From the NCBI GenBank assembly GCA_951406725.2, contig OX597839.1, positions 37,882,001 through 37,946,000 of the forward strand: a stretch of 64,000 nt of DNA. The letters are read 5' to 3'. The notes under the pieces are model-generated. The model searched no databases and had not been told where the DNA came from. It worked only from the letters and a program-made list of their open reading frames with translations. Positions 14,231 to 29,220 of this stretch are shown here, in pieces; position 1 is the first letter of the stretch; each line of letters begins with the position of its first letter. The stretch is from Octopus vulgaris. Lineage: Eukaryota. Made by a program: the position numbers and the translations under genes.

Positions 14231-14472
14231 ATATATATATATATATATGTCTGACTAGCAAGGTGAAGCGGCTGACCTCCCCCGTTCGAAGGTTGTAATG
14301 GACGCAGGCTCGTGTGTCATATAGCTAGCTAGAGGCAATTGCCTCCTGGAGCTACTCAGCGACAGCTTTAGTCTTATATTTATAGACTGCCATATTAGTA
14401 TGGCGATAACTATTAATATCCAGTAACGCTGCCGTAATCTCCTTTAGAGAGACTTAGTAATTTTAATATTTC

Positions 14473-14553
<81 letters not shown>

Positions 14554-14941
14554 TCTGTCTCTGTCTGTCTGTCTCTCTCTCTCTGTAGTATGGTGGTGTT
14601 GGTTTTGGTAGTTAGTGTAGTGACAATGGTGTTTTAAAGGAAATCTGTGGTGGTTTGAGAGAGATTTGGCTGCTCCTTTCAGTTGGTCGAATGACAGCAT
14701 AAGGTTCCACTGCAGTCGGTAGTGTAAAGTGTGGCGATGATGGCGGAGGGGGGGTTGATAGGGCATTGTGGCGATGTTGGGGGAGATAAATAAATAGATA
14801 GATTGATAGATAGATAGATAGATAGATAGAGCGAGAGAGAGAGAGAGAGAAAGAGAGAAAGGAAGATTAGAAGAAATGGCAATCAAAAAGAGCCAGGAAA
14901 AGTGATACATATATATATATTCAATACACACGCACATATAT

Positions 14942-14987
<46 letters not shown>

Positions 14988-15299
14988 ACGTATACATACA
15001 CACACACACATATATATATATATATATGATGTACATATATATATATACAGAAAAAGGGAGGGAGACAGAGAGAGGGAGAAACAGAAAGTGAGAGAAAGAA
15101 AGAATAAAGGAGAAAGAGGCAGAGAGAGAGAGAGAGAGACAGAGAGAGAGACAGAGAGACAGAGACAGAGACGGTATCAGCCTCGTAAAGACAACCGCCC
15201 TCCATCAAAGCTTTGTCCACTTAAGAACCTCCAGGGACGACCATCTCTGTTTTATCGACATCAATAATTTCCAGCCAAGAATCAATAATTATGGTCACC

Positions 15300-15390
15300 G
15301 ACGCCATCTTACAACAGGCCGCGAGTCGTTGTTATTGGCGGCACGTGACATGTTGTCACACGTGACGTACCTTTCACCATTTCCGGTCAT
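15300..15390. promoter_or_regulatory. CpG-rich cluster of promoter-type motifs (candidate)
   Basis: YY1-like CGCCATCTT 15302-15310, reverse CCAAT 15334-15338, two CACGTGAC E-boxes at 15342 and 15359, ETS-like TTCCGG 15381-15386. Confidence 0.3.
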
Positions 15391-15644
15391 TTATCACTAC
15401 CCCCACCGCCATCTGTGCGTCGCTGTATTGCTTTCATTTGCTTTCCAGCCAGTTACGTCTCTCTTTTCCTGCCTTCCATTTTCCTTTATTTCTAAAGGAG
15501 AAATAAACAAAACTCACGCATGCGCACACACGCACACACACACACACACACATGCACACACACACACACACACACACACACGGATACCTTCCCACACATA
15601 CACACATGAATGTACATATATAAGCATGTGTATGTAGTATTATA

Positions 15645-15810
15645 AAAGCATGGCTGTGTGGTAACAACTTTACTTCCCAACCACATGGTCCCAGGTTCAG
15701 TTCCACTGCGTGGTACCTTGGGTAAATGTCCTCTACTAGAGCCTCGGTCGTGTCGACCAAGGCCTTGTGAGTGAATTTAGTAGACAGAAAATGAAAGAAA
15801 CCGACTGTGT
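15645..15810 (+). mobile_element. SINE B 5' half (diverged)
   Basis: GCATGGCTGTGTGGTAA...GGTTCAGTTCCACTGCGTGGTACCTTGGGTAAATGTC. Confidence 0.8.
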
Positions 15811-15873
15811 ATATACGTCTGCATATACATACATACATACGTACATACAGACATATATACAAACATACACACA

Positions 15874-15922
<49 letters not shown>

Positions 15923-15923
<1 letters not shown>

Positions 15924-16100
15924 GTGAGAATTTACAAAAACAAAATAGGCGGGTATGTAAACAGCAAACAGATGTATTAATTTAACGCTCGGGAAGTGAG
16001 AAAATCTTTTATGTTTCGAGCCTACGCTCTTCAACAGAAAGGAACACCAAAATAAACAGAGAAAAAATACAAAAAGGTTTAGTGGCTAGCGATCTATCAT
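15923..16100 (-). mobile_element. Penelope-like terminal-repeat fragment with minimal hammerhead-like motif
   Basis: Minus strand CTGTTGAAGAGCGTAGGCTCGAAACATA (16010-16037); lies within the central microsatellite of a SINE B copy, between (TA)n tracts. Confidence 0.6.
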
Positions 16101-16173
<73 letters not shown>

Positions 16174-17099
16174 CATACATACACACGTGTGTGTGTGTTT
16201 GTGTATTTTCCATCACCATTTGACAACCGATGTTAGTTTGGTTACTTCCAGATAACTTTATCACTTGGTAAAAAGAGCCTATTCCCCTAGTAAATCAAGT
16301 GGTTCTTCTAGTTTTGTCGTTCCTAGACATAGTGGTCACCGTATTTGTAGTAACGCATACCGCAGAGACGCTAAACTTCGTCAGATATTTGTCAGGAGAA
16401 GAAAAAAATAAAAATAAGACAATATCAGAGATCGTTCGGCAAAATACACCTATTTACAGAAAGAAGAAGAAGAAGAAGAAGAAGAAGAAGAAGAAGAAGA
16501 AGAAGAAGAAGAAGAAGAAGAAGAAGAAGAAGAAGAAGAAGAAGAAGAAGAATTTGACGATAAATATTATATCATCGCTTACGGAATTTGAACGCTGTAT
16601 CCACAGAATAACCACTACACCAGAGTGACATCACAACTTACGACCATCTGAATTATCAGCTTGTTAACAGGTATAGTAGAACCGACAGCATTCAAGATAT
16701 ATTATATATACCCAATACGGAATATGTAACTAATATACATGCACACACACCCACACGCACCCCCACATATATATATATATACATGTTATATTATATTGTA
16801 TGTGTGTGTGTATGCACACATATACATGTGTATATATATGCACATGTGCGTATATATAAAGATATATGTATATATATATGCATATGTATATATATATATA
16901 TGTATATGTATATATATATATGCATATGTATATATATATATGTATATATATGTATATATATGTATATATATGTATATATATATATATATATATACACACA
17001 CAGACTCTCTCACACACATACATATATATACATAGATACATACATATACATATATATGTATGAATACATATATATATTATATGTATATGTATATGTATG

Positions 17100-17160
<61 letters not shown>

Positions 17161-17795
17161 ATGTATGTACACATACATACATATGCATAGAAAGACACAC
17201 TCGCACAAGCAACACACACATGACCCCCGTTGCTTTCGTTATTAAGGGACTCTGATGTATTTACTATTTCGTCTGTTGCCAATATGGACTGAAGGAACTT
17301 CCCTATATTGGCAGATATTACGACGTTTAGAAAAAAAAAAGCGTTAAAACAATATCAATGGCGACACCGGAAGTCACTGTCAGTTAGCCGGAAGCGATAA
17401 TCTCTTGTTTGATTAGGTTGATACATTTTATATATTGTTTCAGTTCAGGTTTATCTCCCTCATCTCTCTCTCTTTCTTTCTCTGTCTCTCTTTCTCTCTA
17501 TCTTTCTCTGTCTCCCTCTCATCCACACGCTCAAACGTACACACATTCACACAGACGTTGTATAAATTTCATATTAAATATTACTGTTGTTTCTGATTAA
17601 TGCCTTACGCTGTTTTCTCTATTTGTTAATTATTGTCATATGATTGCAGTATGTGTGTGTGTGTGTGTGTGTGAATTGTTTATTGAGAGAAGAAAAGCAT
17701 TATACAAATAGGTAGCTAAATACGATTTGTGCGTTGATAGATGGTCAAACACTTAAGTATAATATCTATCTATCTATCTATTCATCTATCTATTC

Positions 17796-17869
<74 letters not shown>

Positions 17870-18530
17870 ATATTTGTCTGTCTGTCGGTCTGATAATGTT
17901 TTTATTGTCTTTTTCAATCATTTTCTGCATTCTATCTTATAGCTAATTCCAAGCAATTTGCATCATCAAAGCAGGCCAACAGAAGAAAGAGTGAGAGTGC
18001 ACACACACATACATACATACATACATACATACATACATACATACAAACATACATACATACAAACATACGTACATACATACATACGTACATACATACATAC
18101 ATACATACATACATACATACATACATACATACATACATGTATGCGACAAAATTTCCCTTAACCAGAAACTACAAGAGTATAACCCTTACCAGAATTATAA
18201 TCGCTTTGCGCCATATCAATGTATAATATAATATATACAACGAAACTACTATGAACCAAGAAACTATGATCTCCCAACCAAGTTCAACGCTTCGAGATTT
18301 AAAATTTCAGTGAAGGACAACTTAGAACTTTGAGAACACAAAATACAAAAGACTCACAGTCAACAGGCACGTCAAACGTATGCTTAACGGTTATCATTGT
18401 TGTTTCGATACTTGGACAGGACCATTCAATAAAGTTTTTTAAATCTGAGCACAACGCTCAGATACTTTTGCAAATACTTTTGCAAATACTTTTGCAAATA
18501 CTTTTGCTAACGCTTCATATTCTCTTGGTA

Positions 18531-19794
18531 CGAGGGACGTTCAATAAGTAATGTCTCTGACCCACTTGCATGTGCAATCATTTATATCTCTATAGAGTAA
18601 GTGGCAAATTACAGCACTGAATTAATTGTGGTTTCTGATTTACAGGTGTTTGAACCGAGTCAAGTGTTAAATGGAGCCTGTTGAGTGTCGAGCAGTGATC
18701 CGGTTTTTGTATTTGAAAGGACGCACACCACGGGAGACTTTTGATGAAATGAAAGTAACTTATGGTGATGATGCCCCATCATATGACCTTGTAAAACGCT
18801 GGCATCGTGAATTCAAACATGGTCGGAACTCTGTGGAAACAGCTCCCAGATCTGGTCGCCCCCTTCTGCCATTGATGAGGCATCTGTACGTCTAGTTGAG
18901 GCTGCCATTTTGGAAGATCGACGCATAACTATTCGCCAAATAGCCCATGAGGTCAAGATTAGTACCGGGTCTGTGGAAACTATCATTCATGACCATTTGC
19001 ATATGCAAAAGGTATCTGCCAGATGGATTCCCAGGTTGCTCACGCCTTTCCAGAAGCAAGAACGCGTCGAGTGCTCGTGGGTGAATTTGGAGAGGTGCCA
19101 ATAAGATGAATCAAAATTTTTCAAAAGATTGATTACACAGGATGAAACCTGGGTCCATCACGATGATCCAGAGACCAAAGCCCAGTCAATGCAGTGGAAG
19201 CACCGTGACTCACCCCCTCCAAAGAAGGCAAGGGTGTAGCCCTCCGCTGGTAAGGTCATGCTCACAGTCTTCTGGGACCAGGATGGAGTAGTGATGACAG
19301 ATTTCCTGGCAAAGGGTACCACAATTGCAGGAGCCTATTATGCTTCACTTTTGAGGAAATTAAGAGAAGTTATCAAAATCAAGAGGCGGGGCAAGATCAG
19401 CAAAGGCATCCTCCTCCTGCAGGACAACGCTCCGGTCCACAACTCGCTTGTCGCCAGATCAGAAGCACAGGCGTATGGCTATGAACTCCTCCCCCATCCC
19501 CCTACTTTCCTGACCTTGCACCCTCTGATTTTCCCCTCTTCCCAGTCATGAAGTTGTTTTTGAAAAGAAAGCGTTTCCCAGATGATGCAGCCTTGATTTC
19601 TGAAGTCGCGTTCAGGTTGGAGGACCAAGTTGGGGTCTTCTATAAAAACGGTCTCCAGAGCTGCATCAAACAATGGGAGAAATGCGTAACTCTGGGTGGT
19701 TCCTATGTAGAAAAAGACTAATAACTGTGCCAAGTTTCGTTGCTCTACTGCTATGGGAAGTGGGTCAGGGGCATTACTTATTGAACACCCCTCG
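18531..19794 (+). mobile_element. Full-length mariner element (1264 bp), inactive
   Basis: 37-bp TIRs CGAGGGACGTTCAATAAGTAATGTCTCTGACCCACTT vs rc CGAGGGGTGTTCAATAAGTAATGCCCCTGACCCACTT (4 mismatches); TA duplication at 18529-18530 and 19795-19796. Confidence 0.95.
18671..19721 (+). pseudogene. Mariner DD34D transposase pseudogene (irritans-like)
   Basis: HTH N-terminus (RAVIRFLYLKG...RSGRP), WIPRLL, TQDETWV, VMLTVFWD, QDNA-34aa-YFPDLAPSD, ends GGSYVEKD*; frameshifts near 18865 and 19500, in-frame stops at 19102 and near 19237. Confidence 0.93.
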
Positions 19795-20376
19795 TATAAG
19801 GAATACTGTAGATCAAGTTGGCATAGGATGTAGCAGATGTTTTTTTTCGATAATATTAACATCTGATTTAATAACAATACTTGACAATAATAAAAAGCGA
19901 GAAATAGTTATACATATATAAATAACAAAGCAATATGAAATCCGTGGGAAAATAAAAAACGCCAGATGGGGAAAGCTTTGCGCCATTTTGAAAGAAATTT
20001 AAAATACATACAATGAAAAAAATATCACACCTGAATATATAATGGAATATCTAATGGGGTGTTAGAATATTGAATAACTGAGAAATTCTAGAAAAATTAA
20101 ATAAATTCCTTAAAATGAAGCTTTCGTAGAAAGCTTGATCTTGGCAAAAAAATATTTGAATAAATTTTTTAAATGCATAGGTGCAGACATGGGTCCGCGG
20201 TTTAGGAAGCTCGCTTTGCAGCCCCGTGGTTTTCGGTTGTGCCACTGTTTGGCACCTTGGACAAGTGTCTTCGACTATAGCTCGAGTCGACCAATGCCTG
20301 AAAATGATTCCGGTAAATGGAAACTGTGTGGAAACCCGTGGGTGTGTGGTCAGGTATCTAAATCCTCAAATTAGAG

Positions 20377-20612
20377 CAAGGTTGCTCAACCGGGGTCCAT
20401 ATATAATTTTGCTGTTACAATTTATCTTCAATAGTTTGGTTATACTTCTAAAATACACAAACCAATTGTTTTTGTACAATTTCTAATAATACTTAATTAT
20501 TAAAATACGGTATGATTTTTTTTTTCATGTACATCGAATGGCTCTGGTGGTCCAGTAGAGTAATATAGAAATCAAAGGGGTCCATAGGCAAAAAATTGAC
20601 TGAGAATCACTG
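20377..20612. mobile_element. hAT-like MITE
   Basis: Termini CAAGGTTGCTCAACC...GACTGAGAATCACTG with repeated GGGTCCAT subterminal motifs; related partial copy at about 6005-6080. Confidence 0.55.
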
Positions 20613-21661
20613 ATCTCGAGTAAGGGCCCAATACTGTAACAGATTAGGGTTAAAGGAGCGACAATTTTTCCAGTACCTTGATAAAACCCCTCAGAAATCA
20701 ACGAGGTGTACATGTGGATGTTTCTAAACAACACTGAGACAACTTATTATCTAATATAATATTCCGCCGAGGTCGACTTTGCCTTTCATCCTTTCGGAGT
20801 CGATAAATTAAGTACCAGTTGCGTACTAGGGTTGATCTAATCAACTGGCTCCTTCTCCCCAAAATTTCGGGCCTTGTGCCCAGAGTAGAAAAGATTATCG
20901 AATATAATATTAGACGAACCCATATCAAGAAACGCAAAGAAAGACGACTTTGTTCGAGTCTTTGCTTCACTGGAATAAAATCCTGAAAGAGGACCGGACA
21001 GTGAATTTCAAATAAAGTAGAACCACATTAATGGCAGTACTCCAGCATGGGCACGGTCCCTGACTGGAACGAAGAAGAGATAAAACTGCTCCAGCAACAT
21101 TTACAAATAACTCTTTTCTCTTGTATATCTTTTCTCTTTTACATGTTTCCGTCGTAGGACTGCAGACATGTTGGGGCAACGCCTTGAAGGTTTTTAGTCG
21201 AACAAATGAACCTCAGTACTTAATTTTTTCAAAGTCTGGTACTTATTCTATCGATCTGCTTGTTTCGTGGGGTTCGAACCCTCATCTTCTGTAAGCATGA
21301 CTTGTAAGTGTTGCTAAGGCAGTTTTATTTCCTTGTTTCTCGAAGTTTCTTATGGTGTAAGCAACGTTCAATTCTCAGGGGTAAGAAGAAAGCTTCTAAG
21401 AGGGATAGTGAAATTCCAGTGATTTCTTTGGTCCACTGTTTACAGAAGATGTGAGATCGAATCCTACGGGTATCCAAAGGACTTTTTTTAAAACGAATAC
21501 TTAGACACTATTATTTATAGAAAACGAATATGGTTTAGGATTTATACATGTAATAATTATGTGTTGAGAGTGAAGCTAGGTTATATAACTAATTGTGTCA
21601 GTAATCATTTTGAAAAGCTGGGCTTCACAAAACCAGAAAAAACATGAATAATTATGAAATT

Positions 21662-22040
21662 ATAATTACAGGCCATAAATGAAATTGTAACTACGTATAA
21701 AATATTCTAGACGTTTCGCCAATGGCATGTCGCTAAAAACATCAGCAATTCTTGTAGATGTGATCTTTGGTTATTTTCACCGATGATTGAGAGGAATTTT
21801 CTACAAGGCGTATTTTTTTTATTTATTCTTATCTAATTTTAGCAGAAATCTTAGTTCTAACGGAAAAATAATAAAAGCTTCTAGCAAGTTCCTCTTGGAA
21901 TATGTATTTATCTGATTTGCCAATTTTGCTCAATTATCTGCCGTGTTTATGACGTCTAATATTAGTTTGTATGAGAATTAGATAAAAAAGAAAAAAAAAA
22001 TTCCTATTTTTTTTGTGAAGTTACAAATAAGAGTATGTTG
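21662..22040 (-). repeat. Dispersed repeat (second copy at 32500-32875), possible Penelope 3' remnant
   Basis: About 370 bp of clear identity between the two copies; minus-strand peptide INTYSKRNLLEAFII resembles the end of a PLE GIY-YIG domain (weak). Confidence 0.6.
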
Positions 22041-22097
22041 AAGATAAAAAGTGTTAAGATATAAAGTGTTTGTCTCAATACATTGAATCATAATCAA

Positions 22098-22690
22098 GGC
22101 GGCGAGCTGGCAGAAACGTTAGCACGCCGGGCGAAATGCGTAGCCGTATTTCGTCTTTCGTTACGTTCTGAGTTCAAATTCCGCCGAGGTCGACTTTGCC
22201 TTTCATCCTTTCGGGGTCGATAAATTAAGTACCAGTTACGCACTGGGGTCGATGTAATCGACTTAATACCTATGTCTGTCCTTGTTTGTCCCCTCTGTGT
22301 TTAGCCCCTTGTGGGTAGTAAAGAAATACGTATTTAGTCTTCCGTTACGTTCTGAGTTCAAATTCCGCCGAGGTCGACTTTGCCTTTCATCCTTTCGGGG
22401 GTCGGTAAATTAAGTACCAATGTAATCGACTAGTCCCCTCCCACCTTCAGGTCTTGCGCCTACAGTAGAAAGGATTATTAAGATGGCGAGTTGACAGAAT
22501 CGTCAACACACCGGAAAAAACACTAAGCAGCATTTTGTCCGTTTTTATGCTCCGAGTCTAAATTCCGTCGAGATCGACTTTCATCCTTTTGGGGTCGAGA
22601 AAATAAGTACCAGTTCAACACTGGGGTCTATGTAACTGACTTATCTTCCCCTCACCCCCGAAATCGCCGGCCTTGTGTCAAAGTTTGAAA
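22098..22690 (+). mobile_element. SINE A cluster (full copy plus two further units)
   Basis: Head GGCGGCGAGCTGGCAGAAACGTTAGCACGCCGGG, B box GAGTTCAAATTCC and conserved GCCTTTCATCCTTTCGGGGTCGATAAATTAAGTACC body. Confidence 0.9.
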
Positions 22691-23317
22691 TCATTATCTT
22701 GAATCATAAATAAGGTATGTTACGTCTAGAGGCATAAGGATGATAGCTACGTCATAAGACGTAACTATAAAAGAATAGTCTGTCTTATCGTAAGTCGTAA
22801 ATGCAAATATCATAAATATAACTTGTCATGTGTAGAGACAAAGATGACAGCGATATCATGAGACAAATATGATAAGACAACAGTCATAAAATATACACAA
22901 GTATATACACACATACACACATACACACATATATATACATATATACGAGAGGCTTCTTTCAGTTTCTGTCTACCAAATCCACTCCCAAGTCTTTGGTCAG
23001 CCCGAGGCTATAGTAGAAGACACTTGCCTAAGGTGCCATGATGTGGGACTGAACCCGGAACCGTGTGGTTCATAAGCAAGCTAAAATTTGTCATATAGAC
23101 AGTACAAAGAGTGTGTAGCTTTACGGGCTGGACAAACACATTAATGAATGAAAGTGAAATAAAATGAATAAATGAGAGACGAAACCCAACACCCGCCGAT
23201 TGGATTTTCTCGAAAACATATTTTCTTTTTTTAAAAAATCAATATGAGGTTCCAAACCTCTTACAAGAAGGAGGCACTAAAACCTCTGACTTAACATGTT
23301 TTATTTTTAAACACACA

Positions 23318-23480
23318 GGCGCAGGAGTGGCTGTGTGGTAAGTAGCTTGCTAACCAACCTCATGGCTCCGGGTTCAGTCCCACTGCGTGGCATCTTGGGC
23401 AAGTGTCTTCTGCTATAGCCCCGGGCCGACCAATGCCTTGTGAGTGGATTTGGTAGACGGAAACTGAAAGAAGCCTGTCG

Positions 23481-23511
<31 letters not shown>

Positions 23512-23727
23512 TTGTGTGTCTGTGTTTGTCCCCCTAGCATTGCTTGACAACCGATGCTGGTGTGTTTACGTCCCCGTCACTTAGCGGTTCGGCAAAAAGA
23601 GACCGATAGAATAAGTACTGGGCTTACAAAGAATAAGTCCCGGGGTCGATTTGCTCGACTAAAGGCGGTGCTCCAGCATGGCCGCAGTCAAATGACTGAA
23701 ACAAGTAAAAGAGTAAAAGAGTAAAGA
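23318..23727 (+). mobile_element. SINE B, full length
   Basis: GGCGCAGGAGTGGCTGTGTGGTAAG...(GTAAAAGA)n tail; an opposite-strand 5' half lies at 22945-23085. Confidence 0.92.
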
Positions 23728-24107
23728 GAATTAAAAAAAAAAAATTACACAATTGAGGTTATAAACCACTACAAATAATACAATAAGGTGAGGTTTCAAA
23801 CCATCTAACGAGGCTTTTTCACCTCCTACTTATCGGTATATTCATCATTATCTTCAATGCCGCTTGAGTTCCTGTATCCCGCCATTTCCCATGCCTCACT
23901 CATGTAGGATATGCAAGTCGTGTAAGGGCCACCCAGCCATATGCGACACTCCTCCCCAAATCCTTTAGGCCTTTCCCACAAGGGAAACCTTATGACCTCC
24001 ACAGCTGACTGTGGAGTCCATTCGGGATCCCGTGTGAAGGGCATATCTACTGTCTCTTTATGTTCTACTATTTTTTCCACCTACCTACCTACATGTTTGT
24101 TTGTCTA

Positions 24108-24153
<46 letters not shown>

Positions 24154-24230
24154 CATCCATCCATCCATCCATCCATCCATCCATCCATCTATCTATCTAT
24201 ATCTATCTATCTATCATATCTTTATATATA

Positions 24231-24304
<74 letters not shown>

Positions 24305-24676
24305 TCTCCTGTTGAAGACTAAACACGAGAACTCAGATTTTGCCGAAAGGCGTCCTGCACAAAGGATTTGTACGTGGTGATCAAATGTTCGTGTCACACC
24401 TTAGCTCATTTTGTGCATCAAATTGACGTCGCCTGAACACAATGCAGCGCCCGGTCTAGGAACTGAAATCATGTTCGCTAGACCGTGAGGGCGACAACCT
24501 GAAGACTAAGCCATGCACCTTCACACTCACACAGACACAGACAAAGACATGCACTTACATATAGACAAGGATATGAATTCCAATATGAAATAGAAGCACG
24601 ACTTTATAATGAATAGATCGACCACACCTACTTAACATATGTGCTTTTTATGGTCAATAACACACACACACACACA

Positions 24677-24857
<181 letters not shown>

Positions 24858-24860
24858 GTA

Positions 24861-24900
<40 letters not shown>

Positions 24901-24905
<5 letters not shown>

Positions 24906-25168
24906 TACTTGGAGAAAAGAAAAGAAACGACGCGAGGGCGCTTAGTCATACAATAATTTAATAAATAAAATATATGCATACATACATACATATATGTACG
25001 TACCTACATACTCCGAATGACCCGTCCTTGTTTTCTTTGTATCATCTGTCTGGAGTTTTAGTGAGTCAGCAAAAGTTACTGATAGTATAGGTACTAGGCT
25101 TAAAAAGTAACTTCCGGTATTGCTGCAGTCAAATGACTGAAACAAGTAAAAGAATGAAAGAAATACCT
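24901..25168. repeat. Local near-identical duplication (copy 2 at 27384-27651)
   Basis: About 270 bp beginning AAACTTACTTGGAGAAAAG after (TA)n, offset 2483 bp, differing only near the end. Confidence 0.85.
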
Positions 25169-25171
25169 ATA

Positions 25172-25245
<74 letters not shown>

Positions 25246-25528
25246 TACAGGACACCACAAATAGACGCAGAACTCAACGAGAAACGAAAACATAAAAACA
25301 TGGAAACGGACATTTTTTAACAACGAAAAAAACAGAGCACAAGACAAACAACACAAGGAACATTCCCCTTCATCAGCTGTCCTCGGTTCCACTCCATGCG
25401 TGTTTCGAAGGTAAGGACAGAACACGACCTGCCGAACCGATCCATCCTGCAAACGAATTAAATAAAATTCCTTTGCAGAGGGGTAAAAACAAGGAAAGAA
25501 AAAATGTGACAAGAACAGGTCGTAAAAG

Positions 25529-25629
<101 letters not shown>

Positions 25630-25652
25630 TATATATATATATATATTATAAA

Positions 25653-25684
<32 letters not shown>

Positions 25685-26204
25685 GTATATATATATTAAC
25701 ATATATATATATAAATATTTGTATATATATATAAATATTTGTATATATATATAAATATATGCATATATATATATATCTATATATCTATATATACATATAT
25801 GTATGCATATATACACATACATACATACGTACATACATACATACGCACACACATATACACACTACACGCACACACACGTATATAATGTTGGTCTCTCCCG
25901 TCAAAGGCAATGACCGAGAGTTTAGCTTTTGCCGATCGACCTACATAACTGTCTTGTTTACTAGGGTCAAAGGTCCGTGACGCACATTAACTCACTCTCT
26001 CAAGCAAATCGATGTTACCTGGACAGGTGCATATGTACGACGCGCCAGGCGTTCAGGTGTCGCAGAGTAACATGTGTGCAGATACTTAAGCACTAAGCCA
26101 TGCGCCTCGCACCCCACCACACCCCACACACACATACAAAAAAGAAACTCACATGTACAGGGTTCGGACAAAATAACGGAAACACCTTAAACATATATAT
26201 ACAT

Positions 26205-26576
<372 letters not shown>

Positions 26577-26628
26577 GTGTGTGTATGTGTATATATATAT
26601 ATGTATACATATATATACACATACACAT

Positions 26629-26695
<67 letters not shown>

Positions 26696-26696
26696 G

Positions 26697-26735
<39 letters not shown>

Positions 26736-26832
26736 TTGTGTATATATATATGTATACAGTCATATATATACACACACACACACATAAATATATATATGTC
26801 TCTTTTGCCGAATATACGTATCGGTTGTCAAG

Positions 26833-26872
<40 letters not shown>

Positions 26873-27020
26873 GCGCATCACAAACACACACACACACACA
26901 CACATGTGGTTGGTTATATATATATATATATACATATATATATTCCTTTGAATAATATCAGTGAAATCTTCGAAACATGTGTCGAAAGTAAAAGTATTTG
27001 AATTATACCTGCGTTAAACT

Positions 27021-27072
<52 letters not shown>

Positions 27073-27074
<2 letters not shown>

Positions 27075-27225
27075 CTAATCCAAACATGAAAACACAAAGA
27101 GAAAACACAACAATGCGAGGACGTGAAACAAGTATAGTGTTATTGGACGCTCAGGAAAGGAAAGAAAGAAGGAGGACTTAACGTTTCGGGCGGATCTCTT
27201 CTTCAGAAACATAGGAAAATTGCAA
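27073..27225 (-). mobile_element. Penelope-like terminal-repeat fragment, subfamily 2
   Basis: Minus strand CTGAAGAAGAGATCCGCCCGAAACGTT; inverted relative to 26205-26422. Confidence 0.6.
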
Positions 27226-27308
27226 AGATAATCTGGAACTCGACTGATTATATATATATGAGTACAGGACACCACAAATAGACGTAGAACTCAACGAGAA
27301 ATATAATA

Positions 27309-27388
<80 letters not shown>

Positions 27389-27652
27389 TACTTGGAGAAA
27401 AGAAAAGAAACGACGCGAGGGCGCTTAGTCATACAATAATTTAATAAATAAAATATATGCATACATACATACATATATGTACGTACCTACATACTCCGAA
27501 TGACCCGTCCTTGTTTTCTTTGTATCATCTGTCTGGAGTTTTAGTGAGTCAGCAAAAGTTACTGATAGTATAGGTACTAGGCTTAAAAAGTAACTTCCGG
27601 TATTGCTGCAGTCAAATGACTGAAACCAGTAAAAGAATGAATGAAATACCTA

Positions 27653-27732
<80 letters not shown>

Positions 27733-28200
27733 GGGATGGTCATTGCTGGAACGTCGTCTTCGCTTCAGAAAAACAGAGCAAGAACAACGACACCACGAAG
27801 ATCGATGTACTCATTTGATAATGCTGTCCTAAATAACTGATTTCTGAAGTAGATACACCAAGATTGGATGGCCATCGCTGGAACGATTTTGATGATAGGC
27901 GTGGCAGATCAAAGCTGATCCACGGCCCTTTATTTCTAAGGCAAGGTTATTAACGTACATTTTAATTGAGTAATCAAGCCTCTTCTGGTGAACATCTTTT
28001 AAGGCCAGACACACACACACACACACATACACATACACATACACACACGCACACACACACACATACACATACACACACGCACACACACGCACAAACACAC
28101 ACACACACACAAGTACATATATACAAATATATGCATTATGTATTCATATATATATATATGCATAGATATATATGTACATACACACACGCACACACACAAA

Positions 28201-28247
<47 letters not shown>

Positions 28248-28910
28248 GCAGATATGTATGTACATATACATACATACATACATACATACATACGTACGTA
28301 CGTAAATACATTCACACACACACACACACATATATATATACATATATATATATATTTATGTACATATATACATACATTTACGCACACACATGCATATTAA
28401 CTAATATTAATCAAATATTTTAAGACGTTCATATTTTCCGCCATTATTAGGTCCAACATCTACATTTCTTCCCATCCATTATTCTGTTAATAGTACTTCA
28501 AGCGAAGTGTTATTATCGTAGATATGACATGAAATCGTTGGGAGTGTTTTGTGTTCGAAAGAAATATATATATATTTTGCAGCTTTATATCATGCATTCT
28601 GTGAACGTGTTCCTTATAGATTTCTCTACAACAGACCAATCACGGGTTTACGGCATTTTCGATAGCAAGAATGACATAAGATTGTCTGTGTAACTTGGTG
28701 TGAAACCAACAGAGCAGCGAGAAATACGAGACTGGTTGTTTTGTATTAACAACAAAGGATGTCGCCTGCTTTCACATAAAACAGAAACAAGGAGCGGAGA
28801 GATTTAGCATCGATCCAAACAGATTTTTGAAAGTCGTATCATATCCTTCCCATAGCATTAAGTAAGCATCAAATCCCGCAGTGCACTCATGGAATAATTC
28901 TGCAGACACA

Positions 28911-29203
28911 GGCGCAGGCATGACTGCGTTGTGAAGAAGCTCGCTTTGTATGTAAAGATGTGCTTTCGAGTTCAATCCCATGTATATATATATATATATA
29001 TATGCGTGTGTGTGTTTGTCCTCCTAGCATTGCTTGACAACCAATGCTGGTGTGCTTATGTCCCCGTTACTTAGCGGTTCGGCAAAAGAGACCGATAGAA
29101 TAAGTACTGGGCTTACAAAAAGAATAAGTCCTCGGGTCGAGTTGCTCGATTAAAAGCGGTGCTCCAGCATGGCCGCAGTCAAATGACTGAAACAAGTAAA
29201 AGA
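28911..29203 (+). mobile_element. SINE B with internal deletion
   Basis: Diverged head GGCGCAGGCATGACTGCG plus near-consensus 3' half. Confidence 0.8.
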
Positions 29204-29220
29204 TATATATATATATATAT

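Noticed and set aside
23826-24080. 84-aa minus-strand ORF as an exon or LINE end; 8-bp hairpin CTCCACAG/CTGTGGAG
   Set aside because: No recognisable domain or clear splice-site pair; cannot be supported by eye.
25365-25412. Type II-order hammerhead (GAAAC ... CTGATGA) on the minus strand
   Set aside because: Core words are present but no convincing helix I or UH cleavage site can be drawn.
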